Positions 27,424 through 37,668 of a DNA stretch of 64,000 nt are shown here, in pieces; position 1 is the first letter of the stretch, and the number at the start of each line of letters is the position of its first letter. The stretch is from an uncultured Bacillales bacterium (GTDB taxonomy: Bacteria > Bacillota_I > Bacilli_A > RFN20 > CAG-288). The stretch covers positions 53,476-117,475 of the forward strand of contig CALNAX010000070.1 of assembly GCA_937874465.1 (NCBI GenBank), read 5' to 3'. A program made the translations under genes and the position numbers. The notes under the pieces are model-generated. The model was given only the letters and a program-made list of their open reading frames with translations. It was not told the DNA's origin and ran no database searches.

Positions 27424-29373
27424 ATGGATAAAAGAAAATCATATCTGGGCTTGCTTTCGATATTGCCCTTGGCTGCGCTTTCGATTTCAAGCACCTTGCC
27501 CAATGTCCAAGCCCAAGACGATAGTTCGTCGGCATCCTCTATTGCTGAGTCAAGCAGCACGTCCGGCGATGTTTCTTCCTCTGAGTCGGTTTCCGATGAT
27601 TCCGACAAGTCGCCTACGACCCTCGAGATAACGGCCGGCATGCTGAATTCGCTTAGTGGTTCCTATTCAGCCGAAACCACATTCTACCAATACAATACCC
27701 CGGTGCTTTTCTCTTTCCCCAGCGGCTATATAAAGTATGCCAACATCATCGATACCCAGGTGTATGGTGACGCCATCCACTTCGAAGACTATGCCTCTTC
27801 CTATGGTGTCTTCTCTTCCATGGATGAGGCTTATGAGGATGAGACGGTGGTGCCGAACAAGGATACGCTTCTGTCTAGCACGACCTATGTGTCCAAGAGC
27901 TTGGATTGGTCCGTACAGCCTAGCGTATATCTTGAATCCCTCTCCCTTGACAACGAGGTTACCTATACCCCTGTTTCGGCCACCGGTTCGACATATCTGT
28001 CGTGGGAAGATGCCGGCCATTACAATCCGTTCGAATATCTTGACCCGTCGAATCTCCTGACAGGTTACGACAACGGCGATGGGACTTATGAGTATCCGCT
28101 GAACCTTGGCGACCTTGATTCGTACTTGGTTGCCTCAGCCTTCTCCTCCCAGCTTTCGCTGAGCAGCGTTCCCATAACCTATTGCGCCTTGATAACCGAT
28201 GGCAACGAGATCACCGGCGTGAAGATAAAGGGCTTTGAGATCAGCAACGAGGGAACCATTTTCGAGGGGACGTCCTTTTTCGAGGCCGATGCCGTCATCA
28301 CTGGCAGGGATTTGGAAGAGGACGATTCCCTCTTCGTGACCCCTCAGGCAAGCAAAGGCAACAGGGAATTGGCAGAGGCCTTCGAAAGTCTGGCCCAAGA
28401 CGATTTCACCCTCACCCAGACCGAGAGCTATTTGGAAGGCGAGATGGTATACGAGGCGGAACCCGATAGTTATGTCCTTGAGGCATTCGATTCCGCCGAA
28501 GACAGCGAGCCCACCAGCGTTGTGGCCTATTACAAAGATGGCTTCGACGTCCAGGGAGCGATAAGGCTTGGGGATGGCTCCTTCTATAAGACCCCCAATT
28601 ATTACTTCGAGCAAGACTTCTCGTCTGGTTACCCTTCGTTCGACCTCTCGGCGGATGTGTTTGACTACGATGCCGACAGCGACACCTATTCGCTTAGCGC
28701 ATCCGCTTCCGGCTCCTCGACGGCCTTTGCCTTGTTTGAGAGCTCGTACACCGTATCCGGAAGTGCCTTGAAGGTAAAGCTCAGCAAGGATGACGACGGA
28801 AACGTCACGGGAATCGAGTTCTATCAGGACGTCGACTACGACAATGGGATCTACGATAGCTTCTCGGCGACTTTCAGCGACATCGGCTCCACGGACAATG
28901 GGTTTGATCCTTCCGCCGTGAAGGACAATGTCGATGGCGTAGCCTGGAGCGTTCTTTCGCCAACCGGCTACGATGAGGCCAAGACCTTGCTCAATGTGGA
29001 TCTCGATACAGTAGATGTGCCTACTCCCGGCGGGGAATATTCCATCTGGACGACCAGCTACTATGCGCCGGCTTCCGCTGATGAGGGGTCTCCCTATGTC
29101 ATCTTGGAAACGGATGTCTCAGAGGACCTTACCAATGACCAGGCCAACACGGTTTGGGGTAAGGTGAGGGATTTGGTGGCCACCTTAGAGGACAACGGAT
29201 ACGTCGCCGATGAAACAGCCACTCCGGACTATTATGGCTTCGTCCCTTTGCACAAGACGGTGACGGGCGTGGATGGCAGCGATGTCGAACTTGAGGTCAC
29301 CCCTTCCTTCAACTGGTACTACAGCCAATATGGAATAGCCTTTGAATTCAGCATCTATTCCGCTTCCGACTGA
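27424..29373 (+). CDS. secreted acidic Asp/Ser/Tyr-rich protein, unknown function
   Basis: Signal peptide MDKRKSYLGLLSILPLAALSISSTLPNVQA-QD followed by a Ser-rich linker. 649 aa with no recognisable catalytic motif. Confidence 0.7.
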   Translation: MDKRKSYLGLLSILPLAALSISSTLPNVQAQDDSSSASSIAESSSTSGDVSSSESVSDDSDKSPTTLEITAGMLNSLSGSYSAETTFYQYNTPVLFSFPSGYIKYANIIDTQVYGDAIHFEDYASSYGVFSSMDEAYEDETVVPNKDTLLSSTTYVSKSLDWSVQPSVYLESLSLDNEVTYTPVSATGSTYLSWEDAGHYNPFEYLDPSNLLTGYDNGDGTYEYPLNLGDLDSYLVASAFSSQLSLSSVPITYCALITDGNEITGVKIKGFEISNEGTIFEGTSFFEADAVITGRDLEEDDSLFVTPQASKGNRELAEAFESLAQDDFTLTQTESYLEGEMVYEAEPDSYVLEAFDSAEDSEPTSVVAYYKDGFDVQGAIRLGDGSFYKTPNYYFEQDFSSGYPSFDLSADVFDYDADSDTYSLSASASGSSTAFALFESSYTVSGSALKVKLSKDDDGNVTGIEFYQDVDYDNGIYDSFSATFSDIGSTDNGFDPSAVKDNVDGVAWSVLSPTGYDEAKTLLNVDLDTVDVPTPGGEYSIWTTSYYAPASADEGSPYVILETDVSEDLTNDQANTVWGKVRDLVATLEDNGYVADETATPDYYGFVPLHKTVTGVDGSDVELEVTPSFNWYYSQYGIAFEFSIYSASD

Positions 29374-29403
29374 AGGAGACGCCAAACCCCAACGGAAATG
29401 AAG

Positions 29404-29429
29404 GCCAGGGAACTCCCCCTGGCTTTTTG
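29404..29429 (+). terminator. terminator after the secreted-protein gene
   Basis: GCCAGGG, loop AACTCC, CCCTGGC, then TTTTT. Confidence 0.75.
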
Positions 29430-29492
29430 CGTCTGACGGAAGGCCAAGTCAATATGGCTTTATAATAATTAGAATGATTCAGGGAGGCCGCA

Positions 29493-32069
29493 ATGGACGA
29501 AAAGAAAGATGGCATCAATGATTTCGGCGTGGACATAGATCCCGCCAAGTACACGCCCATGGTCCGTCAATACCTTTCCATAAAGGAGAAGAACAAGGAC
29601 GTCGTCTTGATGTTCAGGATCGGCGATTTCTACGAGATGTTCTTCCAGGATGCCAAGATCGCCTCCCAGGAACTTCAGCTTTTCCTGACCAGGAAGGCGG
29701 CGGGGAACGGGGTCAAGATCCCGATGTGCGGAATTCCCCACCATGCTTACCTTTCGTATGCCCAAAAGCTTTTGGACAATGGGCACAAGGTGGCAATAGT
29801 GGAGCAACTAGAGGATCCCAAGAAGACCAACAAGTTGGTTAAGAGAGGGATAATCCAGGTAATAACTCCTGGCGCAAACCTGGACCTTCGCACCAGCGAC
29901 AACAACTTCATCGCCTCGTTGGAACCAGGCGGAGGTGCCTGCTCCTTGGTCTATGCCGACCTTTCGACCGGCGAGATCTTCGCGACCAACATACCTGACG
30001 ACCAAAGGGACATTCTCTCCAAGCTGATGTCTTTGGATGTCAAGGAATTGGTGTTGCCCACCAGCGCGGATGCCGGCCTCATTCAGGCCATCAAGGAGAA
30101 CTCCCCGATCTGCATCTCTTATTGCAACAACCAAGAGTCCACCCTTGACATCGAACCGCTTTTCGAAAACATCCGCGATCCCCGCCAGATCACGGCCCTG
30201 TCCCGCTTGATGAATTATCTTTCCGACACCCAGAAACGCGAATTGTCCTTCTTTAAGCCGGCCAGGAACATCGTCTCCCAGTCCGTCATGAAACTCGACT
30301 ATTCGACCATGGTCAATCTCGAATTGGTGAAGTCCTTGGATGGAAAGCATACCTTCGGAACCCTTTACTGGCTCTTGAATCATTGCTCAACCCCAATGGG
30401 GTCGCGCTTTCTCAAAAGCGCCATCGAAGCGCCGTTGGCAGACCTTTCGGCCATAAAGGAACGGGAAGAGGCGGTGAGTTGGCTTGTTGCCAACTATTTG
30501 AAGCGCCAGGATTTGGCCGACCAACTGACCGGCGTATACGATCTCGATCGCCTTATCGTAAGGATCTCCTATGGCTCGGCCAATGCCCACGACATGCTCC
30601 AGCTCAAGAAGTCGCTCCAGGTGGTCCCCGGTTTAAGGAAGACCCTGACCGACAATGGGTCAAGGCTATTGAATTCCATACTTTCGAAGATGACCACTTT
30701 CCAGCCACTGATTGACTTGTTGGAGAAAGCCGTGAGGGAAGACGCCCCGTTGACCATTACCGAAGGTGGCATCTTCAAGCGAGGCTATGACAAGGATCTG
30801 GATGAGCTGATAGACCTGACCACCGATTCCAAGAAATGGATCAACGAGTTGGAGAACAAGGAAAAGGAACGGACCGGGATCAAGAACCTCAGGGTCGGTT
30901 ATACCAAGGCCTTCGGCTATTACATCGAGATCTCCAAGGGAAACGTGGCCGACGTAAAGCCGGAATTCGGCTATATCCGCAAACAGACCCTCACCACCGG
31001 CGAACGTTATACGACTCAGGACTTGCAGGACAGGGAAAGCAAGATATTGCATGGCGATGAGCTGAGGATGGACAAGGAATACAACCTCTTCCAGGACCTG
31101 CGGGCCAAGGTCGGGACCTATACCAAGGCCATTCAGGATTTGTCTTCGGCCCTGGCCCTGTTGGACTTCTTGGTCTCGATCGCCACGGTCTCTTCGGACA
31201 ACGGCTATGTCTGCCCCGTCTTTTGCGATGACCGCGATGTGGAAGTGAAGGATGCCAGGCATCCGGTCATAGAGAAGGCCCAACCCGAAAAGGAGTTCGT
31301 GGCCAATGACTACGTGATGGACAAGGATACCGATGTCTTGATAATAACCGGCCCTAACATGGGCGGCAAATCCACCTACATGCGGGAATTCGCCCTTTTG
31401 GCCATAATGGCCCAGTTGGGGATGTATGTGCCGGCCCGTTCTTGCCAGATACCGGTCTTCGACGCCGTGTTCACCAGGATTGGGGCTTCCGACGACCTTA
31501 TCAAGGGCCAGTCGACCTTCATGGTGGAGATGGAGGAGACCAACAGGGCCCTGAAGCAGGCCGACTCCGCCTCTTTGATCCTCTTCGACGAAATAGGCCG
31601 TGGCACTGCAACTTACGATGGCATGGCCTTGGCCCAGGCCATACTCGAATACGACATAGCGAAGGTTCATGCCAAGACCTTCTTCTCCACCCATTACCAC
31701 GAACTCACTTCCCTGTCCGACAAGTACAAGGAGATGAAGAATGTCCACGTTTCGGTGTCGGAGGATAACGGCAAGATCACTTTCCTGTACAAGATCAAGG
31801 ACGGACCCATGGACAAATCCTATGGAATAAATGTCGCCCAGCTGGCGGGACTGCCCGGTGAGGTGTTAGTGAGGGCAACGCAAATCCTCAAGGCGTTGGA
31901 AGAAAATGGCAATGGCTCCGAAAGCATCCCCAAGATCGTTATCCATGAGGATATGCCAAAGCCAAATGCCATAGTTGGCGAACTGGCCATGGTGGATCCG
32001 GTTAACATGTCCCCCCTCGATGCCTTGCGGTTGGTCTTCAAGCTCCATGATGAAGCCCTGAAGAAGTGA
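29493..32069 (+). CDS. mutS: DNA mismatch repair protein MutS
   Basis: TPMVRQYLSIK, GPNMGGKSTYMR, DEIGRGTATYDG. Confidence 0.98.
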   Translation: MDEKKDGINDFGVDIDPAKYTPMVRQYLSIKEKNKDVVLMFRIGDFYEMFFQDAKIASQELQLFLTRKAAGNGVKIPMCGIPHHAYLSYAQKLLDNGHKVAIVEQLEDPKKTNKLVKRGIIQVITPGANLDLRTSDNNFIASLEPGGGACSLVYADLSTGEIFATNIPDDQRDILSKLMSLDVKELVLPTSADAGLIQAIKENSPICISYCNNQESTLDIEPLFENIRDPRQITALSRLMNYLSDTQKRELSFFKPARNIVSQSVMKLDYSTMVNLELVKSLDGKHTFGTLYWLLNHCSTPMGSRFLKSAIEAPLADLSAIKEREEAVSWLVANYLKRQDLADQLTGVYDLDRLIVRISYGSANAHDMLQLKKSLQVVPGLRKTLTDNGSRLLNSILSKMTTFQPLIDLLEKAVREDAPLTITEGGIFKRGYDKDLDELIDLTTDSKKWINELENKEKERTGIKNLRVGYTKAFGYYIEISKGNVADVKPEFGYIRKQTLTTGERYTTQDLQDRESKILHGDELRMDKEYNLFQDLRAKVGTYTKAIQDLSSALALLDFLVSIATVSSDNGYVCPVFCDDRDVEVKDARHPVIEKAQPEKEFVANDYVMDKDTDVLIITGPNMGGKSTYMREFALLAIMAQLGMYVPARSCQIPVFDAVFTRIGASDDLIKGQSTFMVEMEETNRALKQADSASLILFDEIGRGTATYDGMALAQAILEYDIAKVHAKTFFSTHYHELTSLSDKYKEMKNVHVSVSEDNGKITFLYKIKDGPMDKSYGINVAQLAGLPGEVLVRATQILKALEENGNGSESIPKIVIHEDMPKPNAIVGELAMVDPVNMSPLDALRLVFKLHDEALKK

Positions 32070-32079
32070 GGAGGTCTTA

Positions 32080-33978
32080 ATGCCAAACAAGATTAGCGTG
32101 ATGCCGACGGCGCTGGCAAACCTTATAGCCGCCGGAGAGGTGGTGGAAAGGCCGGCTTCCGCTTTGAAGGAATTGGTCGAGAACGCCATCGATGCCAACT
32201 CCAGTCACGTCTTTGTCGATATCGTAGGCGGCGGGTTGAAGTCCATGACTGTCAAGGACGACGGGAGCGGGATGGACGATGTCGATGCCAGGCTTTGCCT
32301 GCTGCGCCATGCCTCCTCCAAGATCAAGACGACCTACGATCTGATGGATATCAAGACCTTGGGATTCAGGGGGGAGGCCTTGCCTTCCATCGTGGCCGTG
32401 TCCCGCTTCTCGATGGACACTTCCGACGGGAGTGAGGGAACCCATGTCGAGGCCCACGGAGAGGAGAATCCCTCTTTCTCGAGGGCGCCCCTTAGAAAGG
32501 GCACGACCATAAAGATCTCCGATCTTTTCTATAACACCCCGGCCCGTCTCAAGTACATGAAATCGGAGCAGGTCGAGCGGGCCAAATGCCTCGATACCAT
32601 GGAGCATCTGGCCTTAGGTTTCCCAAAGGTCTCCTTCGACGTCCGCACCGATGGCAAGGAGGTGTTCTCCACCAGTGGCCGTGGCGATACCGTCGAGGTC
32701 ATCCAGCGCATCTGGGGCAATGTGTTGGCACGCGACGTCGTCGAGGCCCAAGACTTTAAGGAAACGGGCTTTTCCATCGAGGCCTTTCTCGCCAAGCCCG
32801 AGATCAATTACGCCTCGCGATTCCAGATCATGACCTTCCTCAATCGCCGCTACATCTATTCTTTCAAGCTTTCCAAGGCGGTGGAGGAAGCCTACAGGGA
32901 CTATCTTTCGCCTTTGCGCTATCCATTTGCCGTCATCAAGATCACGGCCGATCCATCGCTGGTAGACGTGAATGTCCATCCCTCCAAACGCGAGGTCAGG
33001 ATTTCAAACGAAGACGAACTGGCCACAAGGGTCAAGAAATTGACATTGGACACCTTGGCCAAGGAAAAGCCGGTCTACAGCAACCTGGGGAATGGCGATT
33101 ACCTGGAGAAGGAAGCCAATAAGGACGATGCCCTACTGGCCGTTCATCCAATCGTCATTCCAGCCACGGGCAACCCCATGGGCGAGGAGAACCCAAGACC
33201 TTTGAAGGCACGAGAGGACGAGACCCCGATCACCCAAGGCTTGTCCAACGTGTCCTTCCAGGGCAACGATGTCTCCGAAGTGCGTAGACTCATGGCTGGA
33301 AATGGCCTTGGCCAAGAAATCGCAGCCCCCTTCTCAGACGAGGAGTCCAGCAAGGCTTCCGATCGAGTGGCCGATCAGGTCGAAGGTGGGAATCCCTATG
33401 AAAACCTCTTGCCTTTGGGGCAGATTGCCAATACTTACATCGTATGTGAGGCACCGGACGGATTATGCATTATCGATCAGCATGCGGCGGCGGAACGAGT
33501 CAACTTCGAGAAAATGGAAGACCTGTTTTCGAAAAGCATCAAGAAGGTTCAGCCCCTGCAGGCCGTGATCGTCGATCTGCCCCCCTCGATAGTCTCGGCC
33601 TTCGATCAGGAGAAGAAGGATAGGCTCAGCGCCATGGGGTTTGAGGTCAGTGGCTTTGGCACCAGCTCCCTTAAGCTCGATTCCTTGCCGGAATTCCTTA
33701 CGAACAAGGATTACGAAAGCGTCATAAAGGATCTGATAACCAGCGTGGCCAAAGGCGAGAAAGTCGAGGCCAAGGATTTGCTCAGGAAGGCCATAAGCAC
33801 TTTGGCCTGCCATGCTTCCGTAAGGGCTGGTCAGCCCCTCTCCCCCCAGGAGGAGGTCGCCATCATCCGGGAGTTGGGGAAGTGCCGCAATCCTGCCAAT
33901 TGTCCCCATGGGCGACCTACGGTAATAAGAATCTCCATCCATGATCTCGAGCATCTGTTCAAGAGGACTGGCTTTTGA
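32080..33978 (+). CDS. mutL: DNA mismatch repair endonuclease MutL
   Basis: GHKL motif VVERPASALKELVENAIDA. C-terminal endonuclease motif DQHAAAERVNFE and CPHGRP. Confidence 0.97.
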   Translation: MPNKISVMPTALANLIAAGEVVERPASALKELVENAIDANSSHVFVDIVGGGLKSMTVKDDGSGMDDVDARLCLLRHASSKIKTTYDLMDIKTLGFRGEALPSIVAVSRFSMDTSDGSEGTHVEAHGEENPSFSRAPLRKGTTIKISDLFYNTPARLKYMKSEQVERAKCLDTMEHLALGFPKVSFDVRTDGKEVFSTSGRGDTVEVIQRIWGNVLARDVVEAQDFKETGFSIEAFLAKPEINYASRFQIMTFLNRRYIYSFKLSKAVEEAYRDYLSPLRYPFAVIKITADPSLVDVNVHPSKREVRISNEDELATRVKKLTLDTLAKEKPVYSNLGNGDYLEKEANKDDALLAVHPIVIPATGNPMGEENPRPLKAREDETPITQGLSNVSFQGNDVSEVRRLMAGNGLGQEIAAPFSDEESSKASDRVADQVEGGNPYENLLPLGQIANTYIVCEAPDGLCIIDQHAAAERVNFEKMEDLFSKSIKKVQPLQAVIVDLPPSIVSAFDQEKKDRLSAMGFEVSGFGTSSLKLDSLPEFLTNKDYESVIKDLITSVAKGEKVEAKDLLRKAISTLACHASVRAGQPLSPQEEVAIIRELGKCRNPANCPHGRPTVIRISIHDLEHLFKRTGF

Positions 33979-35216
33979 TGATCTACGTGATCCTGGGCGA
34001 GACGGCCAGCGGGAAGTCGGCGGTGGCCCTTTCCATATGCCGCAGATGTCATCTGCCTTTGCTTTCGGCCGATGCCTTTGCCGTATACAGGGGTTTTGAC
34101 ATAGGCTCGGCCAAGCCCACTCCCGAGGAGCTTTCGGGAATAGAGAGCCATTTCATTTCGTCTCGGGATTTCGGCGATGAGATGACAGCGTATGATTTCC
34201 AGAAGGAAGGACGCAGGCTCCTTGACGGATTCAAGGACAAAGGCCAAGACAGTGTCATTGCCGGAGGGACCTTCCTCTATGTCAGGGCCTTGTTGTTCCC
34301 ATATGAATTCCCGGCGTATGACGAAGAGGAGAAGAAGTACGATTACGATATTCCGCTTCCGCAAATGAGAGGGGAATTGCTAAGGCTTGATCCCCAGGCC
34401 GGATCATATGTCGACCTCTCCAATCCCCGGCGGGTCGAGAGGGCCCTGGCCTTGGCCAAAGCCGGCGTAAAGCGCTCCTCTCTCGCGCAATCTTTCGTCA
34501 ACAGGCCGCTTTACCCAACCGTCTTCATAAGGATCAAGGCGACCCCGGCGGAAATCAGGCGGCGGATTGACCAAAGGGTGGATCGGCAGGTTGAGGAAGG
34601 CCTTTTTGAGGAGACGAAGCGGCTCACTGGGCAAAACCCTCTCTTCGCCTCGAAGTTTCGCGGAATCGGTTTCAAGGAAGTGTATGAGGGATTGAAGAGC
34701 GAAAACAGTCCCGGAGAAATCGCGGAAAGGATAAAATACGATACGCATAGGTATGCGAAGAGGCAGCGGACGTTCCTGCGCCATCAGTTCCCCTATATGG
34801 TCGAACTGGAAAGGGACCGGATCGTTGACCTTGTCTGCATGGACCTTGAAAGGAGGAAGCATATGGCCGACGAGGTGAGCGACCGGTTTTCTTCCCTCCT
34901 CCCGGTTGTGCCGGTCCTGGCCAGGGAATATCTGCCCTGGATCGACAGTCTTTATCGTCAAGGCGTTAGGCAAATAGCGGTCTTTACCCTGGATGAGGCT
35001 TTGAAGAAGAATTTCGCCGATTACGTTCATCTCCATAGTCCCCTTATGCAGGTTCTCTATTTCGATCAGCACGATTTCGATGATCCGAAATTGCCCCCGC
35101 TCTCGTTCGTCCTTCCCCTTCTCAATGACCTGAAGATGGACCCGTTCCTTGAGGACTTCATCAAGGAGCGCCATCTCGAAGTGGGTTTACCAAAGGGGCT
35201 GGATCTCAACAAGTGA
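33978..35216 (+). CDS. miaA: tRNA dimethylallyltransferase MiaA with a ~110-aa C-terminal extension
   Basis: P-loop GETASGKS, then SADAFAVYRGFDIGSAKPT and HF. The MiaA core ends near residue 300 and 110 further residues have no recognisable motif. TGATG overlap with mutL. Confidence 0.8.
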   Translation: MIYVILGETASGKSAVALSICRRCHLPLLSADAFAVYRGFDIGSAKPTPEELSGIESHFISSRDFGDEMTAYDFQKEGRRLLDGFKDKGQDSVIAGGTFLYVRALLFPYEFPAYDEEEKKYDYDIPLPQMRGELLRLDPQAGSYVDLSNPRRVERALALAKAGVKRSSLAQSFVNRPLYPTVFIRIKATPAEIRRRIDQRVDRQVEEGLFEETKRLTGQNPLFASKFRGIGFKEVYEGLKSENSPGEIAERIKYDTHRYAKRQRTFLRHQFPYMVELERDRIVDLVCMDLERRKHMADEVSDRFSSLLPVVPVLAREYLPWIDSLYRQGVRQIAVFTLDEALKKNFADYVHLHSPLMQVLYFDQHDFDDPKLPPLSFVLPLLNDLKMDPFLEDFIKERHLEVGLPKGLDLNK

Positions 35217-35236
35217 CGAAAAGGAGGTCACTTTTA

Positions 35237-36859
35237 ATGGCAAACGAATTTAGCTTGAAGAACATCACGACCATCGCTCGTCATCTGGGCATCGCCAATA
35301 AGGACTTGATTCCCTATGGCAAGTACATGGCAAAGATCGAACCTAAGCCCGACTCTTATTCCCATAAGTCCCATTTGATCCTGGTCACGGCCATGACCCC
35401 GACCAAGGCCGGCGAGGGCAAGACCACCACGGTCATCGCCCTTACCGATGGCCTGAACCTATTGCTGAAAGGCAAGGCGAAGGCGGTTGCTGCCTTGCGT
35501 CAGCCTTCGATGGGCCCGGTCTTCGGGATGAAGGGCGGGGCCACGGGCGGGGGACTGGCCTCCATTGAGCCTGCCGAGGACATCAACATAAACTTCACGG
35601 GCGATATCCATGCCCTTACCGCCGCCAATGCCCTCATCTCAGCCGTAATCGACAACAGCATCTTCAACGGCAACGAATACGACTTCGACCTCGATAGGAT
35701 CGTGTTTCCCAGGGCGGTAGACATGAACGACCGGGCCTTGAGAAGGACCATCGTCGGGATAGACAAGAAGCATCCTTCGGGCCGCAATGAGACCTTTGTC
35801 ATAACCGCGGCCAGCGAGCTCATGGCGGTGTTTTGCCTGGCCCGTGATGCTTCTGACTTCAAGCAGCGTGTCGGAAAGATAATCGTGGGGTTCACCAAGG
35901 CCGGAAAGCCGGTGACCGTCAAGGATCTCAAGATCACCAATGCGGTATTCAAGATCATGCATTCGGCCCTGAAGCCCAACTTGGTCCAGACCATCTATGG
36001 CTCGCCGGCCATAGTCCACGGCGGTCCTTTCGCGAACATCGCCCATGGTTGCTGCTCATACATGGCCATAAAGACCGCGATGGATTATGCCGATTACACC
36101 ATTACGGAAGCGGGTTTCGGCTCGGAACTGGGCGGCGAGAAGTTCTTGGACATCTTGGCGCCCCGCTTCAATCTAAGGCCCGACGGTGCGGTAGTCGTCG
36201 CTACGGTCAGGTCTTTGAAGCTCCAAGGCGGCTCCACTTACGATGAACTTGACAAGGAGGATGTCGGAAAGGCCCTTGAGGGACTTCCCAACCTCCTCCG
36301 CCATTTGAACAACATACGTTCCTATGGCCTGCCCATAGTCTGCTGCCTCAATGTCTTCCCGACCGATACGCCAAGGGAATTGCAGGCCGTAAAGGATGCG
36401 ATCGCGAAAGCCGGCTTCAAGACCGTCGAATGCGATTCCTACCAAAAAGGCAAGAAGGGTGGCTTGGCTCTTGCCAAGGCCGTGGTGGAACTCGCCAAGG
36501 AGCCCGACACCTACAGGCCGTTGGTCAAGGCGGGAGACGACATAAAGAAGACCATCGCCACCATCTCGACCAATATCTATGGAGCGGGAAAAGTCGAATA
36601 TTCCGCCAACGCCTTGGCTGATATCGAAAACATCGAGTCTTTGGGAATCAAGGATCTAAATGTCTGCATCGCCAAGACCCCTCTGTCCTTGACCGATGAT
36701 CCCAAGGTCTTGGGAGCCCCGGTGGGCTTCACCATCCATATCGACCACGTGAATCTTTCGGCCGGGGCGGGCTTCGTCGTCCCCGTGAGCGGCAAGACCC
36801 TTTTGATGCCGGGCCTACCCAAGGTTCCGGCCGCCGTCACCATGGAGTCGGAGAAATGA
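35237..36859 (+). CDS. fhs: formate--tetrahydrofolate ligase
   Basis: PTKAGEGKTTT P-loop and about 540 aa length. The ATG at 35237 follows AAAGGAGG; the ORF track opens at 35213. Confidence 0.95.
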   Translation: MANEFSLKNITTIARHLGIANKDLIPYGKYMAKIEPKPDSYSHKSHLILVTAMTPTKAGEGKTTTVIALTDGLNLLLKGKAKAVAALRQPSMGPVFGMKGGATGGGLASIEPAEDININFTGDIHALTAANALISAVIDNSIFNGNEYDFDLDRIVFPRAVDMNDRALRRTIVGIDKKHPSGRNETFVITAASELMAVFCLARDASDFKQRVGKIIVGFTKAGKPVTVKDLKITNAVFKIMHSALKPNLVQTIYGSPAIVHGGPFANIAHGCCSYMAIKTAMDYADYTITEAGFGSELGGEKFLDILAPRFNLRPDGAVVVATVRSLKLQGGSTYDELDKEDVGKALEGLPNLLRHLNNIRSYGLPIVCCLNVFPTDTPRELQAVKDAIAKAGFKTVECDSYQKGKKGGLALAKAVVELAKEPDTYRPLVKAGDDIKKTIATISTNIYGAGKVEYSANALADIENIESLGIKDLNVCIAKTPLSLTDDPKVLGAPVGFTIHIDHVNLSAGAGFVVPVSGKTLLMPGLPKVPAAVTMESEK

Positions 36860-37668
36860 CTTTCCGGCTTAGCGGCAAGCCTCTTAGGCTTTCCGATGAA
36901 GGCAGGATAAAGAAAGCGGTGGGCGAAGGGAGGAAAATCCCTTTCCTTATCGTTTTCGATCCCCGGGAAAAAGACTCCTTGCCATACGTGGGATCCGTGT
37001 CCCGCTTCCTTGCATTGGTCGGCCTTCCGCTAAGGGAACTTACCATTGAAGACCAGACCGACTATATGAAGGCTTTGGATGCGGTCAAGGCCAACGATGC
37101 GGCAGTGATCCTGGCTAGGCCCCTCAAGCCGGAATGGGAAGAGGGAATCCTCAAGGGCCTTTCGTCCCGAAACGATCCCGACATGCAGACCGCCTTCAAT
37201 AAGTCTTTGCTCTATAGCGGCAACATAGATTGCCTTCCGGCTACGGCCAAGGCGGTTTTGAGGCTTCTCTCCTTCTATGGCATCCAGGTCACTGGGAAGA
37301 AGGCTTTGGTAATTGGCCGTTCCCTTACGGTCGGCCTTCCCATCGCTCGGGGTCTCCTAGACCTGAACGCCTTGGTGGAGATCGCCCATTCGAAGGTCCC
37401 CCTTCCCACTTTGCGCAGGGAAGCCAAAGAAGCGGACATCTTGGTCCTGGCCAGCGGTAAAGTCGGTCTCGTCGACCGCGACAGTCTCAATTCCAATCAG
37501 GTGATAGTCGATGTCGGCTATCATGCCTCTACCCATAGCGGCGATCTGGGATTCGTGCCCCTTGAGGGTGAAGTGCAAGCCTATACCCCCGTGCCAGGCG
37601 GGTTAGGGCCTTTGACCGTCTCGACTTTGGTCTTGAATGCCTATGGGCTTTGGGGGCAAAGCATATGA
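36856..37668 (+). CDS. FolD-like protein (methylenetetrahydrofolate dehydrogenase/cyclohydrolase fold), divergent active site
   Basis: GRSLTVGLP and TPVPGGLGPLTV match the FolD C-terminal domain. The N-terminal catalytic motifs are altered (see finding). ATGA overlap with fhs. Confidence 0.7.
   Translation: MTFRLSGKPLRLSDEGRIKKAVGEGRKIPFLIVFDPREKDSLPYVGSVSRFLALVGLPLRELTIEDQTDYMKALDAVKANDAAVILARPLKPEWEEGILKGLSSRNDPDMQTAFNKSLLYSGNIDCLPATAKAVLRLLSFYGIQVTGKKALVIGRSLTVGLPIARGLLDLNALVEIAHSKVPLPTLRREAKEADILVLASGKVGLVDRDSLNSNQVIVDVGYHASTHSGDLGFVPLEGEVQAYTPVPGGLGPLTVSTLVLNAYGLWGQSI

Noticed and set aside
23410-29373. Diversity-generating retroelement or gene-conversion cassette between the two D/S/Y-rich paralogues.
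   Set aside because: The shared protein pattern is not mirrored at the nucleotide level. There is no reverse transcriptase and no template-repeat-like copy.
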